Below, one piece after another: positions 29,705-38,644 of a stretch of 64,000 nt of DNA (position 1 is its first letter; every line of letters begins with the position of its first letter). Made by a program: the position numbers and the translations under genes. Location of the stretch: assembly GCA_963843145.1 (NCBI GenBank), contig CAWJJC010000012.1, positions 64,001 through 128,000 on the forward strand, in the 5' to 3' direction. The notes under the pieces are model-generated. The model saw only the letters and a program-made list of their open reading frames with translations. It made no database searches and was not told where the DNA came from. The DNA comes from an uncultured delta proteobacterium (GTDB lineage: Bacteria; Desulfobacterota; RBG-13-43-22).

Positions 29705-30187
29705 ATGAGTAGGTATCCGATACGATTGACACAGTTAGTTCACGAAAACCTCTCTGTCATTATGAGTTTCGTTTACTCGCGCGCTCCGCTGACTGATCTT
29801 ATGCAGAAGAATTTCATAGGGGAATGGAAATACTTGGGAAAAGCATTATTCGAAGTAGGCGAGGAGAAAGCTAATCGAGCCATTACTGAGCTTGCATTAT
29901 TATTGAGAATTCTTGACGATGAGGAGAAGATAACAGACTACCATAAGCAAATAGGCGTGAATTGGAAATGTGGCAGTTTAGTACTGGAGAATGACGAAAG
30001 AATTGATTTGTCGTTCCGCGAGTTCTCGAACAAAATCATACATGCAAAGACGTTCGCTTGGGAGTACTCGGTGGGCGAGCCTCCCTTATTGAAATGTTAT
30101 GCCAGGGAAGATGATAAAAGAAAATGGAAGATGGCCGAGGTGGGCTTGGTTAGCCTCGCAGGTTTTTGTGGACAGTTTATGAGCTAA
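29705..30187 (+). CDS. Hypothetical cassette protein (low GC)
   Basis: 160-aa ORF between attC-like sites; REFSNKIIHA resembles a HEPN-like RxxxxH variant. Confidence 0.65.
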   Translation: MSRYPIRLTQLVHENLSVIMSFVYSRAPLTDLMQKNFIGEWKYLGKALFEVGEEKANRAITELALLLRILDDEEKITDYHKQIGVNWKCGSLVLENDERIDLSFREFSNKIIHAKTFAWEYSVGEPPLLKCYAREDDKRKWKMAEVGLVSLAGFCGQFMS

Positions 30188-30285
30188 CATACTGGTATGA
30201 CTTGTGATCAAGGCGTTCCACCGGATCGGCATGAAAAGGCGCTTGCCTCCCGCTGAACTCCGCATTATACGTTTAAAACGGCCGT

Positions 30286-31047
30286 ATGGAGAAAACCGTT
30301 CATAAATATATTACTGAACTTGCCACAGAGTCAAAATGCCGGTTAACGAGACATTTTGCAGGTGAGGTTGAGGAGTTTGCATTTCTACTCGGTAAAACTA
30401 TCACCATATTGCAGAACTACAACAAATCTAACGTCTTAACTCCTGACAAAACTCCAAAGTCAGAAGCATATAATATCATGCTAAAAGGTACCAATGCTCT
30501 GATGGCTGGTTTTGAATTGGTCACCGGTGGGTATTTGTGGGAACCCCCGATTCTTTTTCGAAACGCTTTAGAAGGGTTTGCGTCTGCTTGGGATATAGTT
30601 CACAATCCGAAAAGATTTGAACTCTGGGTGAAAGAGAAAAAATTTAATTCTACGGACAGTATTTCGAACCTCAAAAAATCCATTGAACCTGTAGGGCAAA
30701 TGTATGGATTTCTATCCAACATGTACACTCATTTGAGCCCTATAAATGCGACTCCTCCATTAATTGAATCGGACGGTGTTCCGAAACCACAATTCTTTGG
30801 CCAAATACCAGTTGGTAAGGAAAATATTCGAGTCGGAGAAGTTTATTTTGCATTAATGGTAGCATATATTTGTCTCCAGTTGACAGAATTGACCTTTCAT
30901 CAGTATTCCCCGGAATTGGAAACGATAGAGAAAATACCTGGCGAGGATTTTGTTAAAGTGAAGGTCAGCGACAGACATCGGAAGTTTGTAAATGCAGCCA
31001 TGAAACATTTCCAATCGATGGTAGATGATCCTGAAAGTTTTATTTAA
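30286..31047 (+). CDS. Hypothetical cassette protein (low GC)
   Basis: 253-aa ORF; core ATTATAC upstream matches inverse core GTATAAC downstream; RNALE and YGFLSNMYTH motifs. Confidence 0.7.
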   Translation: MEKTVHKYITELATESKCRLTRHFAGEVEEFAFLLGKTITILQNYNKSNVLTPDKTPKSEAYNIMLKGTNALMAGFELVTGGYLWEPPILFRNALEGFASAWDIVHNPKRFELWVKEKKFNSTDSISNLKKSIEPVGQMYGFLSNMYTHLSPINATPPLIESDGVPKPQFFGQIPVGKENIRVGEVYFALMVAYICLQLTELTFHQYSPELETIEKIPGEDFVKVKVSDRHRKFVNAAMKHFQSMVDDPESFI

Positions 31048-31118
31048 CTGAGACACAAAATACGTATAACCTTGCTGCTGCAAGGGATGCGCAAAAACAG
31101 CGCGCCCCTGAGCAGCCC

Positions 31119-31273
31119 GTTGGCGCCGCCTGCGGCGTCGCCCCCTCGGCTCCATGTCCCGGTCGGCTCCGCCGCTGGCTGCGCCAACCAGGCCATTGGA
31201 TGCCGATGTCCCTGGCTCGCTTGGGCCTTCTGCCCCCTCAAGCTGCGGGCCACGGGTCAACGCCGTATTGGGA
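31119..31273 (+). repeat. Gene-less mini-cassette copy (70 bp) plus its attC
   Basis: GTTGGCGCCGCC...GGCTGCGCCAAC then CAGGCCATTGGA...GGTCAACGCCGTATTGG. Confidence 0.8.
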
Positions 31274-31421
31274 GGCAGCGAGTCTCGGCGTGGCCATCGT
31301 GCGCAGAACGCTCGTTCGACCACAACCAGAGGGATTAACGAGTGTCGAATGACGATCTCACCAAGATAATTTACAGCAGGACGCCGGAATCCGCGGCCAT
31401 GTTGGCAAACGTCAAACGAGT

Positions 31422-32502
31422 AATACGGGACGTTGTTTCTAAATTGCATTGACAGGGCCAGTGAAATGCAATAAAGTTTCAACATGCCTAGACAAGCACG
31501 ATTAGACGCTCCGGGGGTTCTGCACCATGTCATGGCCCGAGGGATAGAAAGAACCAAAATCTTTCGAAACCCGGAAGACCGGGAGGATTTCCTATCGCGT
31601 CTGGAGGAAAGGGCTCGCGCTGGGGCGTGGGTGGTCTATGCCTGGGCGCTCATGCCCAATCATATGCATTTATTGGTTCGTACCGGTCTCCAACCTCTCT
31701 CCACGAATATGAGAAAAGTGATGACCGGATATGTGGTAAATTTCAACCGGCGTCATAAACGGTTTGGTCACCTTTTCCAGAATCGCTATAAATCCATTGT
31801 CTGCGAGGAAGAGTCCTACCTCCTGGAGTTAACGCGCTATATTCACCTCAATCCCCTGCGTGGAGGAATGGTGGCTGATTTGCCTAAATTAAAGGAATAC
31901 CCTTGGACCGGGCATTCGGCTTTAATGGGGAAATTAGGGCGGGACTGGCAGGACACCGAATCGATTCTTGCTTTTTTCAGCCCAAAATTGCAAAAGGCGC
32001 GAGCGGAATATGAGCGCTTTGTGGCTGACGGAGTCCCGATGGGCCGACGGTCTGATTTAGTTGGCGGGGGGTTGATCCGCAGCGCCGGCGGTTGGTCCCA
32101 GGTGCTGTCTCTGCGACGGCATAAACAGCGTATGGCCTCGGATGAGCGAATTCTGGGGAGCGGGGAGTTCATTGAGGAGGTCCTGTCCCAAGCGGAGAAA
32201 CGGTTAGAGGAAACGCTCCGACTCAAAGCTCGGAAGGTTGAACTGGGTACCCTGGCCTCCCGGGTTTCCCGATCAGAAGGAATAGATTGGGACTTGGTTC
32301 GGTCCGGAAGTCGAGCCGCTGAGGTAGTGAAGACCCGAAGACTTTTCTGTCAACTGGCAGTCAAAAAATTAGGATATTCGGGGGCGGAAGTAGCGCGCTA
32401 CTTAGGAACAACGACGTCATCCGTTACCCGGTTGGCAAACGCCCCGGAAATGCCTGGCCTCTGTTACTCGAATTATGCAATATAGAACCAACGTCCCATA
32501 TT
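31422..32502 (+). mobile_element. IS-like element: RAYT/Y1 transposase bounded by 28-bp inverted repeats
   Basis: AATACGGGACGTTGTTTCTAAATTGCAT (31422-31449) vs ATGCAATATAGAACCAACGTCCCATATT (32475-32502); 3 mismatches. Confidence 0.8.
31484..32485 (+). CDS. REP-associated-type tyrosine (HUH/Y1) transposase with C-terminal DnaA-like HTH
   Basis: HHVMARG, MPNHMHLL, GHLFQNRYKS, RYIHLNP, YPWTGH; C-terminal EVARYLG. Confidence 0.9.
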   Translation: MPRQARLDAPGVLHHVMARGIERTKIFRNPEDREDFLSRLEERARAGAWVVYAWALMPNHMHLLVRTGLQPLSTNMRKVMTGYVVNFNRRHKRFGHLFQNRYKSIVCEEESYLLELTRYIHLNPLRGGMVADLPKLKEYPWTGHSALMGKLGRDWQDTESILAFFSPKLQKARAEYERFVADGVPMGRRSDLVGGGLIRSAGGWSQVLSLRRHKQRMASDERILGSGEFIEEVLSQAEKRLEETLRLKARKVELGTLASRVSRSEGIDWDLVRSGSRAAEVVKTRRLFCQLAVKKLGYSGAEVARYLGTTTSSVTRLANAPEMPGLCYSNYAI

Positions 32503-32558
32503 CACGGGTTTGTGCCGGAACGCTGGATTGAATGTTTCACTAAAAGGAGGTTATCAAA

Positions 32559-32822
32559 ATGACTACTGTGATCGGGGTGCATGATGTGGATGACGTCGCT
32601 CATTGGCTGAGTTCGACCAAACGAGCCGAGTTCTTCCATGCGCACGGGATGACTGTAAGGACGTTCGTCAATCCCGGACGGAGTAACCGGGTGGGGGTGA
32701 TAATCGAGAACGTACCCAGTCTCGAGGTTCTCACTGAAGCCCTTCAGGGTGCCGATGCGGCCGAGGCAATGAAGCACGACGGCGTTCATCCGGAAACCGT
32801 GGAGCTCTTCGTAGCGTCGTAG
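32559..32822 (+). CDS. Small hypothetical protein (dimeric alpha-beta barrel-like)
   Basis: RBS AGGAGG; H.V.D...W and EAMKHDGV; followed by attC. Confidence 0.7.
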   Translation: MTTVIGVHDVDDVAHWLSSTKRAEFFHAHGMTVRTFVNPGRSNRVGVIIENVPSLEVLTEALQGADAAEAMKHDGVHPETVELFVAS

Positions 32823-32894
32823 CCATCCGGCCTAACAATCGCATACAGTCGACCCGAAAACCGCTGCGCGGGTATCGGTCGACCGATGTGTGGC

Positions 32895-33048
32895 GTTGGC
32901 GCCGCCTGCGGCGTTGCCCCTATCGGGTCCATGTTCCGGCCGGCTCCGCCTACGGCGGCGCCAACCCGGCCATTGGACACCAATGTCACTTGCTTGCATG
33001 GCCTTCTGCCCCGCTAGCTGCGTGCCACGGGCCAACGCCCCATTACCA
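32895..33048 (+). repeat. Gene-less mini-cassette copy (71 bp) plus its attC
   Basis: Perfect 12-bp IR GTTGGCGCCGCC/GGCGGCGCCAAC; same attC family follows. Confidence 0.8.
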
Positions 33049-33098
33049 TATACCTTTGAAGGTCTATTTTTTGAAAACTTATTTTGGACGAGTGTGAG

Positions 33099-34424
33099 AT
33101 GAACCCTATCTGTATAGTAGACGATGAATCTTCCATCTGTTCCACAGTAGCGAGCATCCTGAAGGACGAGGGGTATCAGTCCCTCATATTTCCGGATGCG
33201 GAGAAATTCTGGCAGAGGCTTGATACAATGGAGCCCGCTCTCGTCATGCTGGATATCTGGCTCCCAGGCACAGACGGTTTGCAGCTTCTGAAACGTCTGC
33301 ATGGCCGATTTCCCGCACTCCCCATCATCATGATGAGCGGACATGCCGGCATCGAGGCAGCGGTTGCCGCCATAAAGGCCGGTGCCTACGATTTTTTGGA
33401 AAAACCGCTGCATATGGAGGTATTACTCGACAAGGTGAAGTCTGCCCTTAAGCATCGACCTTCTATGAGTGGCGCGACCCTGCCTTCGGATACGAGGCTT
33501 GAGATCGTCAGCGCCGACCTTTTGATGCCTCCAGGCATGGTGGAGGCGGTGGATTCCCCCGAACCTCAACGCACTCTCAGAGGGAATGTTGTCCTTAACG
33601 GTATAGGGCTTCTGAGCGGCCGGAACACAGGTATCATTCTGAGCCCCCTTGGGACCAATGAAGGGATCGTTTTTCAAACTCTCGACGGTCAAACCATTCG
33701 TGGACATATCACCTCCTTAGAAAATTTCCCCCAAACTGTTTCATTGAAGACCTTCTCTGCCAACTCCACCACCCTGGACAACGGCAGGCAGCAGGTGCGT
33801 ACGGTTGAACACCTGATGGCGGTTCTTTCCATGTACGGCATAACCAACGTGCTCATAAAGGTCGACGACGAGGTGCCGAACATAGACGGCTCCGCTAAGG
33901 ACTTCTGTGATCTCATATTACAGGCAGGGATAGAAGAACAGCGAGCATTCACCAGGGTTGCTGTCATCCGCCAGAAGCTCGGAGTGGGAAACGAGGAGAG
34001 GCATGAAAAGCATCTCTATGCGGAGCCTTATGAAGGGTTCGAAATATCGATGAGGGTTGATTACCCCCCACCCATAGATGAACAGATTCTCACTTTTAAT
34101 CCTGAAAAAGAATCTTTTGCAAAAGAAATAGCCCCTGCTCGCTCATTCAACACTTTTGAGAATATCGAAATAGCTCAGAAGCTTGGGAAGGTCGGAGGCG
34201 GGTATCTCCATTCCCATATCATCATGTACGAAGGCAAGGTTATCAATACGGAGCTCCGTTATGCCGACGAGTTCGTGCGTCACAAGATATTGGACCTGAT
34301 CGGAGACCTCTACCTCCTCGGCTTCCCCATCAGAGGACGTATTACCGCCAACATGACCTCTCACAGTTACAATCAGGCCCTAGTGGAACGCTTGTACCAG
34401 GCTATCCAAAGCAGCTCCAGATGA
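33099..34424 (+). CDS. lpxC: Response-regulator receiver fused to UDP-3-O-acyl-GlcNAc deacetylase LpxC
   Basis: REC (VDDE, MLDIW, LEKP) then QRTL..GIGLLSG, TVEHLMA, EVPNIDGSA, EIAPARSF, DEFVRHKILDLIGDL, SHSYN. Confidence 0.88.
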   Translation: MNPICIVDDESSICSTVASILKDEGYQSLIFPDAEKFWQRLDTMEPALVMLDIWLPGTDGLQLLKRLHGRFPALPIIMMSGHAGIEAAVAAIKAGAYDFLEKPLHMEVLLDKVKSALKHRPSMSGATLPSDTRLEIVSADLLMPPGMVEAVDSPEPQRTLRGNVVLNGIGLLSGRNTGIILSPLGTNEGIVFQTLDGQTIRGHITSLENFPQTVSLKTFSANSTTLDNGRQQVRTVEHLMAVLSMYGITNVLIKVDDEVPNIDGSAKDFCDLILQAGIEEQRAFTRVAVIRQKLGVGNEERHEKHLYAEPYEGFEISMRVDYPPPIDEQILTFNPEKESFAKEIAPARSFNTFENIEIAQKLGKVGGGYLHSHIIMYEGKVINTELRYADEFVRHKILDLIGDLYLLGFPIRGRITANMTSHSYNQALVERLYQAIQSSSR

Positions 34425-34529
34425 AGGTGATAAATAACTTAAGCGGAAATATGCAGCAGGAAAATACAGCAAAGAATAAAAAAGTCCGTTAACAACTCGT
34501 TCGAGCCGATAGTCCGGCTCAACTCATCG

Positions 34530-34628
34530 GTTGCGCCACCTGCGGCGTCGTCAAGGCGGCGTTGCCCCTCTCGGGTCCATGTTCCGGTCGGCGCCGCCGC
34601 TGGCGGCACCAACCAGGCCATTGGACAC
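34530..34628 (+). repeat. Gene-less mini-cassette copy (84 bp, internal duplication) with truncated attC
   Basis: GTTGCGCCACC...GGGTCCATGTTCCGGTCGG...GGCGGCACCAAC CAGGCCATTGGACAC. Confidence 0.75.
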
Positions 34629-34650
34629 TGCAGGAGAGGAGGTGTTTTCA

Positions 34651-35097
34651 ATGAAATATCGTGAAATCTGGCATGAAATGATCATCAAAGCTACTCCCAG
34701 CGAGCTTTACCAAGCTTTGACCGATGTGAAAAAGCTAGCGCATTGGTGGACCACCGAGACGCGGGGCGAATCTGCTGTCGGAATGAAACTGGAATTCTGG
34801 TTTTATGGAAAATTCTTAAAGGAGATGGTTGTTACCACTCTGAAGGCTGATGAACTCGTGCGGTGGCGCGCAACTGAGCGGAGCGATCCTGATTGGGTCG
34901 ACACCGAAATTGAATGGAAAATCTTCCGCGAAGGCGACAAAACGTTTCTTCACCTTCGCCACTCAAAATGGCGCGAGGATGCCAAATTTTTCCCTCAGTC
35001 CTCAATGCACTGGGTGCTTTTCATGCTTAGCCTCAAGGAATTTGTCGAGACGGGCAAAGGCCGTCCGCATCCTTATGACATGCCGGTGGGCCTATAA
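34651..35097 (+). CDS. SRPBCC/AHSA1-domain protein
   Basis: LYQALT...L.HWW, DWVDT, LHLRHSKW, W..F..SLK..VETGKG.P; RBS AGGAGG. Confidence 0.85.
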   Translation: MKYREIWHEMIIKATPSELYQALTDVKKLAHWWTTETRGESAVGMKLEFWFYGKFLKEMVVTTLKADELVRWRATERSDPDWVDTEIEWKIFREGDKTFLHLRHSKWREDAKFFPQSSMHWVLFMLSLKEFVETGKGRPHPYDMPVGL

Positions 35098-35292
35098 AGT
35101 CCTTCTGAAGGTGTGTAATTGACAAAGGTGACAAAGCAGAATAGCCCAACTTGCCGTTGGAGCCGGCCTCGTACCTTGGCGGCTCAACTCTCCGTTATAC
35201 GAAATAGCAATATCAATATGCCCGATGACGGACAGGCAATAAGGTTCTGCAATATGCCGGAACCGCGCGAAGTAATGAGGTGGTCATAAGAA

Positions 35293-35772
35293 ATGGAAAC
35301 TGAAGTGAAACACCTGGAAGATGAGCAACTGGCAAACGGCGTTGTGGTACGTTTTTATGATGAATCCCGCAGGGTGGCCGGTGATCGCTGGCAGGTTAGA
35401 GTGCGCTACGATGCCGTGGTCTCGGTCTCTGAAACATTTTGGAGTCTGGTGAGTGGAGAGCCGGAATTGATTGAGGAGATTCGTGCCGCCTTAGGGGGGG
35501 AGATTGTCCTTACCAACGTCAATGAGCGGAATTTTATTTCAGCGGAGGAAAAGGAGGTGTTGGTTGCCGAAATAGTCAGCCGAGCTCGGAAAAATATCTT
35601 CGGCTATCTCGCTGATCCTGGATTTCCCGAGCGATATTTTAAACGCTGTTTTAAGGAGGCGCGCGAGGAAATTGAGCGGAAAAAGAGAGAGGTGTGGGTT
35701 CCGGACAACGAAGATGTTGAAGAGCCCGTTGATTTTTCCCATCTTTTTTCAGATGTGAAAAAGAGCGAATAA
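35293..35772 (+). CDS. Hypothetical protein
   Basis: L.NG....FYDESRRVAGDRWQV, ERNFI, YLADPGFP. Confidence 0.7.
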   Translation: METEVKHLEDEQLANGVVVRFYDESRRVAGDRWQVRVRYDAVVSVSETFWSLVSGEPELIEEIRAALGGEIVLTNVNERNFISAEEKEVLVAEIVSRARKNIFGYLADPGFPERYFKRCFKEAREEIERKKREVWVPDNEDVEEPVDFSHLFSDVKKSE

Positions 35773-35878
35773 CGCAAATCAATTCAGGGGGCATCTTACT
35801 TTATTTTAACCAAACAACCCACCGATTGAACCGGTGATTTTATCGTTGGCGGGTAAAAAAGGAAGGAATACGAAGCAC

Positions 35879-36391
35879 ATGAATCTGAAGATCGGTATCA
35901 GGAGCGAAACCGAGGCCGATGTGAGCGCAATAACCGAGGTGACTGTCGCCGCATTTAAGACCCTGGAGATCAGCAATCACACGGAGCAATTTATTATATT
36001 GGCACTACGCGCCGCCAAGGCCCTCACGATATCGCTGGTTGCGGAAATGGATGGCCGTGTAATTGGTCATATAGCCTTCTCTCCCCTGACCATTTCGGAC
36101 GGCACTCGAAATTGGTATGGCCTGGGACCTGTTTCGGTGTTGCCGGAGTATCAGCGGCAGGGCATGGGCCAGGCCCTGATACGGGAAGGGCTGTCACGGC
36201 TGAAAGATATGAACGCTCAAGGATGTTGTCTCGTGGGACACCCGGATTACTACAAGAAATTCGGGTTCAAGAACATGTCCGGACTTGAGCTTGAGGGAGT
36301 GCCACAGGAGGTCTTCTTCGCTCTGTCTTTCGATGGGCATACTCCGCAGGGCACTGTCACTTTTCACGACGGATTCAAGGCGGACGGCTAA
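35879..36391 (+). CDS. GNAT N-acetyltransferase (YhbS-like)
   Basis: GHIAFSP, LGPVSVLPEYQRQGMG, VGHPDYYKKFGF; stop lies in inverse core GGCTAAC of a canonical attC. Confidence 0.9.
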   Translation: MNLKIGIRSETEADVSAITEVTVAAFKTLEISNHTEQFIILALRAAKALTISLVAEMDGRVIGHIAFSPLTISDGTRNWYGLGPVSVLPEYQRQGMGQALIREGLSRLKDMNAQGCCLVGHPDYYKKFGFKNMSGLELEGVPQEVFFALSFDGHTPQGTVTFHDGFKADG

Positions 36392-36566
36392 CAAGCACCT
36401 CGACACGTACCCTTAAAGGCCGCTGTGGACGGCAGCCTTTGAGGTCCGGTCAGGCGCGACGTTAGGTGACTCCTCACGCTGTATCTGCTCGAAACACAGG
36501 CGCCGTACGTTGTGATGCTCAAAATAAGATCAAGAATATAGAAGGGAAAGAGAGAGTCTCGGGGCA

Positions 36567-37127
36567 TTGTTACCTGAACTGAATATAGGCTGGGGATATG
36601 CGTGGTGGTTTCCATCTGCTTACGCGTTGATCACGATCTCAATCGTGGCGATTTATGGTAAGGAGTTTTTAAAGAGATTCTTCCGTTTTCCCAAGTCCGA
36701 TTCCATCAAGCACAAGATACCTGTTGCCCTCGGTGCTGCCTTATTTGGCAGAGCGATCATGATCTATTCGATCTTTGTGCCTCTCGACCTGAACACCCTA
36801 TGGCTCTGGATCGGGGTATTCATCTTTGTTGTCGGTGCCCTCCTAACAGCCATTGCCATGCTCAACTTTGCTACAACTTCCCAAGATCAACCTGTTAGAA
36901 AGGGCCTGTATCGATTTTCGAGAAACCCCATACAGGTACTGGCTATTATCATGTGGATAGGTGTCGGGATAGCCACAGTATCATGGATCATATTTGGGGC
37001 CTGCCTGCTCCTCGCCATCGTATCCTATCCGTCGATTCGGGCACAGGAGCGCTATTGCCTTGAAACATATGGGGATGCCTACCGAGAATATATGGAGTCC
37101 ACGCCGCGCTATTTGCTGTTCGGCTAA
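36567..37127 (+). CDS. Isoprenylcysteine carboxyl methyltransferase/PEMT-family membrane protein
   Basis: GLYRFSRNPI, QERYCLETYGDAYREYMESTPRY; start uncertain. Confidence 0.8.
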   Translation: MLPELNIGWGYAWWFPSAYALITISIVAIYGKEFLKRFFRFPKSDSIKHKIPVALGAALFGRAIMIYSIFVPLDLNTLWLWIGVFIFVVGALLTAIAMLNFATTSQDQPVRKGLYRFSRNPIQVLAIIMWIGVGIATVSWIIFGACLLLAIVSYPSIRAQERYCLETYGDAYREYMESTPRYLLFG

Positions 37128-37159
37128 GAACCCTCAGAGTCATCAGACTAGGAGATCAT

Positions 37160-38539
37160 ATGAAGATCACTGTTCTGAATGGAAGTCCCAAGGGCGAGTT
37201 GAGCATAACACTCCAGTATGTGCACTTCCTTCAAAACAAGTTCTCGCAGCATGAGCTAAAAGTCTTTCATGTTGCACAGCGTATCAAAAAGCTCGAGAAG
37301 GATGAGAAGGCCTTTCGGGAGATCATCGAGGAAGTCAGGTCGTCTGATGGTATCTTGTGGGCGTTTGGCGTCTTTGTTCTTGCTGCACCCTCTCAGTACA
37401 TGAGGTTCGTTGAGCTGATTTCCGATAGGGGCATGGAAGACGCCTTCAAGGGCAAGTATGCAGCGGTTCTCACCACTTCGATTCACTTCTTTGACCACAC
37501 AGCTCACAACTATATGAGGGCCGTTTGTGAAGACCTTAATATGATATATGCGGACGGGCTATCTCTGTATCTGCAGGACCTGACTGACAAGCGCAGAAGA
37601 CAAGACCTCATAGCTTTTGCTGAAAACTTCTTTGAGGCAATTGAGAAGAGGTTCACCATTGCCCGACTTTTCAGGACACTATCGTTCACCAATTTTGTCT
37701 ATGAGCCCTCGCTTCCGGAGAAAAAGATATCCACAAAGGGCAAAAATGTTGTTGTCCTCACAGATGCGTTTGACAGCAATTCGAACTTAGGAAAGATGAT
37801 TGACGGATTCAAGCGGTCTTTTGCGGAGGAGATCGAAGTAATCGATCTGAACGATATCGACATCAGAGGCGGTTGCTTAGGCTGTATGCGATGCGGATAC
37901 GACTATACGTGTGTTCAAAAGGATGGGTTTGCCGACTTCTACAACAGTCGAGTTATGACTGCAAATATCATTGTGTTTGCTGGAGAAGTCAGGGGCCCAT
38001 ATTTATCCTCGAAATGGAAGGAATTCTATGACCGCGCCTTCTTCTGGAACCATACACCGTCTTTGGCCGGCAAGCAAATGGGGTACATCATCTCAGGGCC
38101 TTTGAGTCACACGCCGAATCTCATCCAAATTCTCGAAGCCTCTTCCACCACACGGCAGGATGCCAATCACGCAGATATAGTCACCGATGAGTGTGAGAAC
38201 TCGGCTGATCTCGACGCCTTGTTACAGAGTTTTGCGGAGCGGTTGGTCAGTTTTGCCGAAAAGGGGTACGTTAGACCGCAGAACTTCCTTGGTGTTGGGG
38301 GACATAAGGTTTTTAGAGACAATATCTGGGGAAGGCTCCGCATGATTTGGCAGGCAGATCATAGATACTATAAGAGGCATGGTAAGTATGATTTTCCACA
38401 GAAAGAGCTCAAAGTGTGGATCGCCAACCCCATCATGATGGCATTGACAAAAATCCCCAGGTTTAGAAAGAACTTCTACGCGAACCTAACGAAATTCTCC
38501 AGTGGACGATTGAAGAAGATCGCTGAGAGAAAGGATTGA
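37160..38539 (+). CDS. Tandem flavodoxin-fold / iron-sulfur flavoprotein
   Basis: VLNGSPKG; second domain GGCLGCMRC....C..KD. Confidence 0.8.
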   Translation: MKITVLNGSPKGELSITLQYVHFLQNKFSQHELKVFHVAQRIKKLEKDEKAFREIIEEVRSSDGILWAFGVFVLAAPSQYMRFVELISDRGMEDAFKGKYAAVLTTSIHFFDHTAHNYMRAVCEDLNMIYADGLSLYLQDLTDKRRRQDLIAFAENFFEAIEKRFTIARLFRTLSFTNFVYEPSLPEKKISTKGKNVVVLTDAFDSNSNLGKMIDGFKRSFAEEIEVIDLNDIDIRGGCLGCMRCGYDYTCVQKDGFADFYNSRVMTANIIVFAGEVRGPYLSSKWKEFYDRAFFWNHTPSLAGKQMGYIISGPLSHTPNLIQILEASSTTRQDANHADIVTDECENSADLDALLQSFAERLVSFAEKGYVRPQNFLGVGGHKVFRDNIWGRLRMIWQADHRYYKRHGKYDFPQKELKVWIANPIMMALTKIPRFRKNFYANLTKFSSGRLKKIAERKD

Positions 38540-38644
38540 AGTTAGGTGAACAGTACTCGTCCAGGGAGAAGGCCACATAATTAGCTGTTGGAGCCGACCT
38601 CGGAAACTCGGCGGCTCAACTCCGTATTCGGCAGGAGAATCGAG

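Noticed and set aside
29583-34628. Repeats considered as a CRISPR array
   Set aside because: Spacing is kilobases and irregular with whole genes between; no cas genes; structure fits attC/cassettes
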